Assembly (NCBI RefSeq): GCF_963921235.1
Contig: NC_086097.1
Location: 143,842,001 to 143,906,000 of the forward strand
From: Mobula hypostoma
Taxonomy: Eukaryota
Direction of reading: 5' to 3'
Length of the DNA: 64,000 bases
Position 1 is the first letter of the stretch. Every line of letters starts with the position of its first letter. Below the pieces are notes generated by a model. That model was not told where the DNA came from, did not search any database, and saw nothing but the letters and a program-made list of their open reading frames with translations. A program made the translations under genes and the position numbers. Of the stretch, positions 40,301-52,300 are shown one piece after another.

Positions 40301-43300
40301 ATCTCAAGAGAGATAATTTATAGAATGTCTGCGAGATGGCTTTTTAGAACAGCTTGTTGTTGAGCCCACTAGGGGATCGGCTGTACTGGATTGGGTATTG
40401 TGTAAAGAACCGGAGGTGATTAGAGAGATTGAGGTGAAGGAACCCTTAGGAGGCAGTGATCATAACATGATTGAGTTCACTGTGAAATTTGAAAAAGAGA
40501 AGCCAAAATCTGATGTGTCGGTATTTCAGTGGAGTAAAGGAAATTACAGTGGCATGAGAGAGGAACTGGCCAAAGTTGACTGGAAAGGAACACTGGTAGG
40601 AAGTACGGCAGAACAGCAGTGGCTGGAGTTTACGCGAGAAGTGAGGAAGGTACAAGACAGGTATATTCCAAAACAGAAGAAATTTTTGAGTGGAAAAAGG
40701 ATGCAACCGTGGTTGAGGAGAAGTCAAAGCCAAAGTTAAAGCAAAGGAGAGGGCATACAAGGAAGCAAAAATTAGTGGGAAGACAGAGGATTGGGAAGTT
40801 TTTAAAACCTTACAAAAGGAAACCAAGAAGGTCATTAAGAGGGAAAAGATTAATTATGAAAGGAAGCTAGCAAATAATATCAAAGGGGATACTGAAAGCT
40901 TTTTCAAGTATATAAAAAGTAAATGACGGGTGAGAGTAGATATAGGACCGATAGAAAATGATGCTGGAGAAATTGTAATGGGAGATAAGGAGATGGCAGA
41001 GGAACTGAACTAGTATTTTGTATCAGTCTTCACTGAGGAAGACATCAGCAGTGTACCGGACACTCAAGGGTGGCAGGGAAGAGAAGTGTGTGCAGTCACA
41101 ATTTCAACAGAGAAAGTACTCGGGAAGCTGAATAGTCTAAAGGTAGATAAATCTCCCGGACCAGATGGAATGCAGCCGCATGTTCTGAAGGAAGTAGCTG
41201 TGGAGATTGCGGAGGCATTAGCGATAATCTTTGAAAAGTCGATAGATTCTGGCATGGTTCCAGAGGACTGGAAGATTGCAAATGTCACTCCGCTATTTAA
41301 GAAGGGGGCAAGGAAGCAAAAAGGAAATTATAGACCTGTTAGCTTGATATCGGTGGTTGGGACATTGTTGGAGTCGATTGTCAAGGATGAGGTTACAGAG
41401 TACCTGGAGGCATATGACAAGATAGGCAGAACTCAGCATGGATTCCTTAAAGGAAAATCCTGCCTGACAAACATATTACAATTTTTTGAGGAAATTGCCA
41501 GTAGGCTAGACAAGGGAGATGCAGTGGATGTTGTATATTTGGATTTTCAGAAGGCCTTTGACAAGGTGCCACACATGAGGCTACTTAACAAGATAAGAGC
41601 CCATGGAATTACGGGAAAGTTACATACATGGATAGAGCGTTGGCTGATTGGCAGGAAACAGAGAGTGGGAATAAAGGGATCCTATTCTGGTTGGCTGCCG
41701 GTTACCAGTGATGTTCCACAGGGGCCCGTGTTGGGGCTGCTTCTTTTTACATTGTACGTCAACGATTTGGATTATGGAATAGATGGCTTTGTGGCTAAGT
41801 TTGCTGACGATTGCGAAGATAGGTGGAGGGGAAGTTTGCGAAGATAGGTGGAGGGGCCAGTAGTGCTGAGGAAACGGAGAGTCTGCAGAGAGACTTGGAT
41901 AGATTGGAAGAATGGGCAGAGAAGTGGCAAATGAAGTACAATGTTGGAAAGTGTATGGTTATGCACTTTGGCAGAAAAAGTAAACGGGCAGACTCTTATT
42001 TAAATGGGGAAAGAATTCAAAGTTTGGAGATGCAACGGGACTTGGGAGTCCTCGTACAGGATACCCTTAAAGTTAACCTCTAGGTTGAGTCAGTGGTGAA
42101 GAAGGCGAATGCAATGTTGGCATTCAGTTCTAGGGGAATAGAGCATAGGAGCAGGGATGTGATGTTGAGGCTCTATAAGGCGCTGGTGAGACCTCACTTG
42201 GAGTACTGTGGGCAGTTTTGGTCTCCTTATTTAAGAAGGGATGTGCTGACGTTGGAGAGGGTACAGAGAAGATTCACTAGAATGATTCCGGGAATGAGAA
42301 GGTTAACATATGAGGAACGTTTGTCCGCTCTTGGACTGTATTCCTTGGAGTTTAGAAGAATGAGGGGAGGCCTCATAGAAACATTTCGAATGTTGAAAGG
42401 CATGGACAGAGTGGATGTGGCAAAGTTGTTTCCCATGATGGGGGAGTCTAGTACGAGAGGGCATGACTTAAGGATTGAAGGACGCCCATTCAGAACAGAA
42501 ATGCGAAGAAATTTTTTTAGTCAGAGGGTGGTGAATCTATGGAATTTGTTGCCACAGGCAGCAGTGGAGGCCAAGTCATTGGGTGTATTTAAGGCAGAGA
42601 TTGATAGGTATCTGAGTAGCCAGGGCATCAAAGGTTATGGTGAGAAGGCGGGGGAGTGGGACTAAATGGGAGAATGGATCAGCTCATGATAAAATGGCGG
42701 AGCAGACTCGATGGGCCGAATGGCCGACTTCTGCTCCTTTGTCTTATGGTCTTATGGTCTAAATTTCCTCTGCACCCTTTCTATGGTTTCCACTTCCTTC
42801 CTGTAGTGAGGCGATCTCTATCATTACCTAGTTTTTTAAACCTTTCGTAAGATTTTCTTTTCTTCCTGACTAGATTTTCAACAGCCTTTGTGCACCATGG
42901 TTCCTGTACCCTACCATCCTTTCTCTGTCTCACTGGAACATAACTTTGCAGAATGCCATGCAATTATCCCCTGAACATTTGCCACATTTCTGCCGTACGT
43001 TTCCCTGAGAATTAAAATGATCCTTGATTAAAATACTGCTGAAACAGAAGACATTGCTATTTGTCCTTGGGTATAGCTGCACCTTGGAGAACATTTTGCT
43101 GGGAAATAAAGAGAGACTTGCATGAATTTCTGTTAACTAAATCTGAAAAGTCTCTGAAAGCTATTGTTGAATATTGTGAAGTTAATCTGATTAACACTAA
43201 CCTTGTAATAGCAAAGGCAGAATGAGACAAGGACAAGATCAATTGATGTGATCATGGAAGAAGAGCAAATGTATTGATTAAATTAACACCTCTTGTGCAA

Positions 43301-46300
43301 AGACATAGGGAAATAATTGAATAAACAAAAGATGACTGCTTTGTTTGATTGTATGATTATATCAAAAGTACAAAAGTGGGAATCTGTGTTTGCTCAAAGA
43401 CTCTCTGGACTGTTCTGATTAATCAGTACTGTGTAATAAAGCCTTTGTCTGCTACTCTGGATGTCTTGATTTTATTTTAGACCATAAGACAAAGGAGCAG
43501 AAGTCGGCCATTTGGCCCCTCGAGTCTGCTCCGCCATTTTATCATGAGCTGATCCATTCTCCCATTTAGTCCGACTCCCCCACCTTCTCACCATAACCTT
43601 TGATGCCCTGACTACTCAGATTTTGCCTCTACATTTCCTGAATTCACTTTTGAGGGAAGATGGCAAGACTGGTAGTTAACGGGAATTCTGGTTTCCTCTT
43701 GAGAAGATGAATTGTTGCAATCTATGTGGTGAAGTTACTCCATTTTATTTACAACATGTGTTTTGTTACAGGCACATTAATTATTTGAACACACCTTAAA
43801 ATCCATTGTATTTAAAAATATATTCCAGATATAAGATGACGTGCGAGTACACTTGGCCGAACCACCTCATGTCAACAGACATGGAAGCAACCCAGGCAAT
43901 TATAGTTCAACACGGTTTCCAGCCTGATGTTGCCTATGGAAAGACCAAGCTATTTATTCGAACACCTCAGACTTTATTTGAACTGGAGAAAGAACGGGCT
44001 GAAAAAATTCCCTACATTGTACTCTTCCTGCAAAAGGTAGGGAATCACAGTCGATTAACTCGTAATCCATTGAGGATATAGCAGAGTGTCTCTGTACTGA
44101 TAGTTTTCCACAACAGCTCTTGTTTGCCCCATTTTGTTTTCTTGCTTTCTTAGTGGCAATTTAAAATCGTATCATAGACTCCCAACGAGGGGAAGCTGTC
44201 TTTCTCTACTGAGTTTTCCAAACTGCTGTGTCCATTTAAAATACTCTAGTGCTAAATTGTTAGAGATGCCAAACTTTAGATGAAATATTAAAGTGAGGCC
44301 TCTCAGGTGGATGTACATGTTATAGGTTATGATGTTTTTGTACTGAGAAGCTGATGCATTTGATTTAACAGCTACTTTCCCAACATAGCTGCAATATACA
44401 GCACTTTGGGAAATCCAGAGGTTGCAATATATACACACAAGGTTGTTCTCACTGCTATCTGCTGGTTTAAATCTGTATGACTTCGACTGTCTCAATCCAA
44501 TTCCTGACTGATGTTACATTACAAGTTGGTATTGGTATTGATTTATTATTGTCACATGTATAGTGGAATAGCTTGTCTAGCATATCATTTGTTCAGATCA
44601 AATCATTACATAATTCATTGAGCTAGAATGTGGTAAAACAATAATACAGAATAAAATGTAAAATCTACCAAAAATGTGGAGTGCTGGTAAATGACAGACT
44701 GGAAGATCATAACGAGTTAGATTGTGGGGCCAGTAGTGCATCTAATCGTACAAGATGGCCATTGAAGAATCTGATTATAGTGGGACGGGAGCTGTCCTAC
44801 AGCATGGTGGCCCATGCTTTCAGGCTTTTGAATGTGCTGCTCGATGGGAGAGGGAGAAAAGAGAGTGTCCGGGGTCAGTGGGGTCTCTGATTATGCTGGC
44901 TGCTTTACTGAGAGAGCGGGAGGTATAGAAGGAAGGCTGGTTCCTGTAATGTGAGGCGCTGCATCCACAGCTCTCTGAAGTTTCTTGCGGTCATGTGCAG
45001 GGCAGCATACAGACAGAATGCTTTATACAGTGCATCAATAAAAATTGTTCAGAGTCAATGAGGACATGCCAAATTTCTTTACCCTCCTGAGGAAGTAGAG
45101 ATGTGTGTGAGCTTTCTAGGCTGTGATCTCAATGTCAATGTACCACGACATGCTGTTGGTGATGTTCACACCAAGGAACTTGAAGCTATCAACCTCAACA
45201 CCATTGATATAGATGTGCACCACCCCCTTTCTTGAAGTCAATGACCAGCTCTTCTGTTTTGTTGACATTGAGGAAGAGGTTATTGTTATGATGCCAAGTC
45301 GGTACGCTCTCCAACCCCTCCCTGTACTCCCACTCATCAGTATTTGAGGTGTGGTCATGGTATCACCTGCAAACTGGTAGATGGAGATAGTGCAGAATCT
45401 GGCCATGCAGTGATGAGTATACGGGGAATAGTGTAATGGGCTGAAGGCACATCCTTGTGGAGCGCTAGTGTTCATAATAACCATGGCCATAATTCATCAT
45501 TGATTGACAGATATACTGTACCAATGACTGCTGGTGTTAGAATAGAGGAGAAGGTACCTTGATATAGCATGGTGTCTTCTTCTGAGGTCGGATATGATGC
45601 TTAGTGGCTTTGCTGTATGTGACTTTACCCAGTAGCACTGCATGCTGAAATTATACATCTGAAGCTGGATGAATTCACATTCCAAACACCAACAACCATC
45701 ACAATTGTTTCTCTTTATTGAAGAAAAAGGAATTTATGATGTAATTTGTTTGAAACTCCAAAAAAATTGACAAAGCTAATATTTCTTGTCATGAGGGTAA
45801 AAAGAATTTGCATTTATAAAGCATTATTCAGAATCAGAGAAAGCCCCAGAGCACTCTGTTGCCAATCACGTACTCCTTGAAGTGGTAAAATAATTACCAG
45901 GATACTTGAGTATAAAGCTCTTCATTGACTAGAAACATGAGATCTTTAACATCCACATGGCTGCAGATGGGGCTCATTTTAGAGTCTCATCTGTAAGTAC
46001 CGCAAGAGTGTCAGATCTAAAGCAAGGGAAACAAGCTTTCCCTTTACAACACAGCAATTGATGGGATATTCAAATCTACCCAATTTTATGTTTATAACAA
46101 TAATAACTGTCTATTAACAGTATTAATGTTTAAATATTCTGCATCTTAATTTACCCCTTAAAAGCTTTCATTTTTAGCTTGTCTTTAGAAGAATGATATG
46201 TTGTTTAAATAGTCTGCATTTCAATCTGCTCCTTAAAAGCCTTCATTTTTAGCTTATGTCTTTTAGAAGAATGATATGTTTTGTGGCTACCAGTGATTAA

Positions 46301-49300
46301 TAGAGAGAAGAATGTGGATCCACAAACCAGTTATTCATTGTCAGATCTCTACAAATCACATGAAGGTGTCTGGCCTACTTTGATGACCTTGGCCTTTTCA
46401 TGCCGGGTTTGATAAATGTGTGGTTCTTTTATACAGCTGCAATTTATCTGGCCCTGGGGGAGAACTTTAAATTGATAGACTCTTCCCATTTTAGAAACTG
46501 TACCAACAAAACAGGGGTAGCAAATGAGGAAACATAATTGGAGATATAAATATACAAATAGACATGCAGAGGCAGGCAAATTTTCAGGCTCAACTATATT
46601 GGCATCTGTACACAACAACATAAGTTACATAAGCATTCACATGTACTGAAACATCCATGCAGAAAACAAAACAAAAACAGAGAAATATGCATGTATACAC
46701 AGGTACACAAGTATTCAGATGAATTTACCTGAGAACAATAGCACACACATAGAAAGATTGGCACACATGAATACAAGCTGATATACAGGCTTACAAGTGC
46801 CCAGTCACACACATTGATGGACACATGCATTCAGACGCATACAAAGGAATGCACGCAAGCACACAAATGTAAGGAAGTATGTGGAGAAAAACCTATAAAG
46901 TCATACCTATACCTACACTTACATGCACATTTCTAAATGTGGTTTCATGCAGTGCAGCAGATACATTGATCCTGGAGCAAATCTCTCAGAAGATGCTGTT
47001 CTAGTTTTTTGCCAAGACATTTTTTAAACTTAAACTAAAGCATGCAATTTACATTAACAAACATTTCAGAAATTGTAGTCTGTGTAGTGAGCTCACACAG
47101 TGTCTATTTAATACCGTCAGCTCTGCCAAGTTCATTGCAGCAAGAATGCCATGGCAAAACGACATAATTAAAAGCACGTTGAAGTGTTTGTATTTTACTT
47201 TAGTTCCCATTTCACCTCCAAGGCACGAAAAAGCTTTTATTTCCTCTGTGTGCTTAATATAAGCAGATTAATGACCATGATAAAGTAGTGCAGACTGGCG
47301 GTGATATGAAGGTGCAGACCTGCAAAGGAAAAATAGGGCACAGCAACTGAACGGCAACAAAAGGAGACAGCTCTGTTGCTTTAATAAATGGAAGCTGCAG
47401 CTGTTCACAGCAATTTACTAATTTCTAATTAATTATTCATAGAAAAATTCTTATCAAGTAACTGAAGCTGCATCACGAATTCCACAGAGAATTCAGAGAC
47501 CAGTCTTAGCAGTGAGCAGTTCCTTCCCCCAGATTTGCAGGGCTGCCTTCCGCTCAATATTTTCTTATGTGAATATCTATTTGCTCCAACTGAATCCCCT
47601 GTACAATTTGTTGTTATCAAATTAACTAGATTTAAATTACTCAGTTAAAATAATTGGGTCACGTCCACAATAAAAACACAAGCACTAATCAGAAGTACCT
47701 CTTATAGTAGCGAGGGAAATCGCTTGGGAGTTTACACATGGAGGTGTGAGGTAGATCTTGATTTTGTGCCAGAGTATGAAGTCGATGCTAGGGATTTATC
47801 CGCCTGTATTACGGCTCTCCCCAATTTTATTTCCTTTACGTTTAATATGTAAATCTCCCTCTACAGTATATCAGAAAACATTCCTCAAGCAGTTGCAGGA
47901 AGGCTTGAATACAGGCTAAAATAAAGGTTCTGTAACAATCTCAAGTGTGGTGTAATGTGAATCAGTTGCATTGTAGAGTGCTGATTACACTGTTCGACCA
48001 GCATGTTCCAAGACAAATATAATATCAGGCTATGTGTCGACTAAAGCCCTCTTTGCAGTGCCCAAACCAAGGCCACCTGGTATTCTTTACCTGCAACCTC
48101 ATCAGTAGTCCTGTTACACATTGTGTTTGTATCTCCTTCCTTCCCCACTAGTTTGAAGAAATATTGCTGGCTGCTGAATGAATCCCCCATGGAATTCATT
48201 CTGGGCTTCTGCTACTTGATTAAGAACTTCACTATGAATTATAGATGAAAAATTGATGAATTACCATAAACATCTGCGTACAGTTTCTGAAACAACATAG
48301 CAGGTTGATGCTCTGTGGAATGAGCAGTCGTGCTCTGATAATTACTGATGAAGTGTTAATGTTGGGGATTCATGCTAATTGAATCCGAGAAACACTGTAC
48401 ACAAAGGGGAGACGGTGGAAAGTTGCACTCCATTGATCAGGTTTGGATTGGAACCCTGACCCCCTCATAGGACAAGCCAATATCTGCTCAGTTCTTCAGT
48501 GAGATTTGATTTAGTAGTAATGTACAAGGAAATGCTAAGAATTCTCCCCATCTGCTTTACCAATTTACACTGGCAGATTTGGAGAGGGACCCTTGCTAGG
48601 AAGCGTTGCCGAGGCATGAAAGCTGTCTACACAATCATGAGTCGTTACAAGACGTACAAAGTTAAGGCCTATCTCTTGGAGGTAATAACACGCTTCCAGA
48701 ATGTAAGGGGCATGAATGACTATGGAAAAAGTGTGATCTGGCCAAAGCCTCCAACAGTCTTAATCAAATTTGAAGAGAACATGAAGCACCTTTTCAGAAG
48801 GTAAAACATATTTTTGTAAAGACTTTTGCTAACTATTCTGTGCAATAACGGATTCAGAGCAAAAATGATCATTACTTCCTCTTGATCACTACCAAAGCAG
48901 GGACAGTGCAGATTAGATACAACATAAACCCCTGTTACTCCTGGTTTCAGGTTCTAACCATGACACGTGTAGGATGTGTTAGAAACAGCATAATACTCCC
49001 ACTACATTCTCTTGGCAAGAATTCCGACATCATTTAAAACACAGAATTCTCTTTACATGCAGTGCAAAAGTCTTAGGCACATATACATAGCTGGAGTGCC
49101 TAACATTTTGCACAGTACTGCAGTGATTTTATGTACTGCACTGTACTGCTGCTACAAAAAGAAACAAATTTCGTGACATATGTGAGTAATGATAAACCTG
49201 ATTCTGATATGGGTCACTATTGTGGACTGAGAGTGAGAAAGGGGCAGGGAGAGGGGAGACAGCAGGAAGCACCGGACAGACATTCTGTAATGATCAATAA

Positions 49301-52300
49301 ACCAAATGTTTAGAATCAAGTGTCTCAGGGCTGGGTATGTCTGCACCCGTGCCATCCTTGTCCCTGGCTCTCCTTCCCTGCAACCTGTCCCACGCCTCTC
49401 CCGCAGCCCTCCACCCTCCCCATTCCCAACATCCGTTGCTCCCGCCAGATTTACAGACTCACTCTCCACTTCATGTTGACAAGTGCAGTACTATGCAAAG
49501 GTATTAGGCGCCCTAACTATATATATTTGCCTAAGGCTTTTGCACAGTGCTTTATCCTGAACCCATACTCACTGTGGAGAACTATCATGAGTTAAATACA
49601 GATCAACTTTTAAACACTGACTATCAATAATATCTGCTGTATAACTTACCATTATATTACAAAACACATTCACTTCATATAGTATAAATATAAAGCATTT
49701 GAGACTATAATAAGCTAATTGGTGATACGGGCTCAAAATATTGATGTCACTTTCTCTCAAATTGTAATGTTTCTGAGTGCTTTTTACAACAATGAAGTCC
49801 TTTGAGTCAGAAAGCCCTTCCACCCGTGTCCATCAAAGCAGCTTTCTTAGTTTTCTAGGTAGAAAATAATTATCTTCGGCTGTGTTATTAGGGACTCTTA
49901 AAAAGATGAGCTTCCTCTTGGCTGATGACATCTTACCCCTTCTTCTGCAGAAGTTACAGCAAAAAAAACAGAAGGAATGTAGAATGTAATCAAGATACAT
50001 TCATTTTCCTGGCCATTGAAATCCTGATAAAATCAGGATTTTCTATTGATGACTACAACTGTATCACTGGTTATAACAGGTGGTTTCTTTGCAGGTGGAG
50101 GGCACGGCAGATTGTCAAGAACATCGCACCTTCTGACATGCCACAGATCAAGGTAAAAATTGCAGCAATGGACGCTTTGCTGGGGCGGAGGAAAGATTGG
50201 GGTTTGCAGAGAACGTGGGAACAGGACTACCTGTCATCTGTAAGTAATCTTTCACCTTAACTTCATCATGCCCTCTCAACTACATGGCTACTCTTCCTTT
50301 GACACATTGAACTAATCCTTTGTAATCATCTCAGTCATTCACAAGGGCACCGATGAAGCAAAACCAAAGAAAGTCAAAGTTAAAAAGAGAATTTGGCAAA
50401 TGCAGACACGTGACATAATGCTTCAAGTGGAAAAGAAATCTCTCTCTCTCTTTTTCTTTCTTTCTCTCTCTCTCTCATCCTTGTATTATATACCTTCATA
50501 AGCTTTTTCATCCTTCTGATTCGAAGTCACTTCTTTGTCAGATTATTATCATGTAAAGCACTTGAGGATTTACATAGTGCATATATTATTTGTCTAAGAG
50601 TAGGATAGGTAGACTTAATTTGATGTTAAGGTTTTCAAGCATAAGGGGTAAATGATATTGAATTACAAGATGTAAGGGAGTGCTGCAAAAAGCTTGTGAG
50701 GCTGAATGGGCCTCTGATATTCTCAAACTGCCAATAATCCTTTCTAATAGAATGCCACTATGACATTGCCTGGGGGCAAGGGGAAGAACCTTACTGATTA
50801 CAAATCTATTCTTCCTGCGAATACCACTTCTTCTGTTTGAGACAACACAGATGGAGCATCGTGAAGCTGACCCAAACAGCTATCCAACACAATATATCCT
50901 TGCCACGTTCTCCAAGGACACAATCTGACATTGTAAACTCTGTTCTTTCAGGCCAAGGACAACCCAGCGACCAAGTCCCAGTATGTCACCTCCAGGGATG
51001 GGCTAAAATGTAAGGAAAAGTTCAACAGCGTGCTGTTCTCTGCACATGTCCGAAAGGTAAGGAGAAAGAAGATAGGTGACCATTTAAAACCTCAATATCT
51101 CTGTCAATGTGAGTACAATGTTCATTCAGAATCCCCATCACCTACTATTTTATTTCAATGAGTAATTGTTAGAGTTAATCCCCCTGATTAAAAAGCCAAG
51201 GTAGTAAAGTCATTATTCAATTGAGTGACACCCCACCAGCTCCTGGAGGGGAAATCCAGTTATCCATTACTCACTCTTTTCCCAAGAAAATTGAATTACG
51301 TTTAACATATATTCATTTCCCTTTAAAAGTTTATTTTCGAATCTGGTTCCTCCACAACTTCAGGTTCATATTCCAGATCACAATAGCTTGTTTATATGTG
51401 AAATAGTACTCATTATCTCTTCCCTGGCTCTCTTGCTATCTTAACTGTGAATTAGACCTTTGTCTATTGATTCCACTCTCAGTTTATAGTTATAAAATTC
51501 AGTCTTCACCACCACCATCATCATTAGTATTGACAGTCAGTTTTTTCAAAGGACAAATTATGTTATGACTGGGCATGGACTAAAGACGTTATCACATAGA
51601 ACCTAGAAAGTTTAAGTAAATGGGTCTGGGAAGTAGGAACTGATGTTCTTGGACTTCATTCATTTAGAATTTATCTTAAAGACCTAAAGGAGGGAGTAAG
51701 GTGTAAATTGTGGGTAACACAAAACTAGGTTGAAAGGCAACTTGTCGAGTGGATATTTGGACTCTTTAAAAGGATGCAGATTGAGTGGGTGGCCAAAGAG
51801 CTGGCAAAGAGTGGTTCATGTGGGGAAAGTCTGAGGATGTGCACTCACTCAGGAGAAATCAGACGCAGGCAAGTATCTGAACAGACGGGAAGTAGAAATT
51901 ACTGAAGTACAGAGGTAGCAGTGTTCTCGTGCATGAATCACAAAATGTTAGCAGGCAGGTGCAGTATATAATTAGGAAGGCAAATAAAAAATTGGTCTTT
52001 TTTGTAAGAGGATTGGATTTTAGAAATAGAAGAGGATTGTTGCAGTTATTCAGTGTGTTAGTGAGGTCATACCCGGAACCTTCAGCATAGTTTTGGTCCC
52101 CTTATTTAAGATGCAGTGTAATGGTGTTGGAGGCAGTCCACTAGAGGGTTGTCCTATCATGAGCAGCTAAAGAAGTTCAATCTGCATTCTTTGGATTTTA
52201 GCAGAATAAGAAATGATTTTATTGAGACATGGAAGATAGTTAAGCACACGAAGAGTAGACATTGAGATGTTTCCACTAATGGGAAAACCTTGAACAAGGA

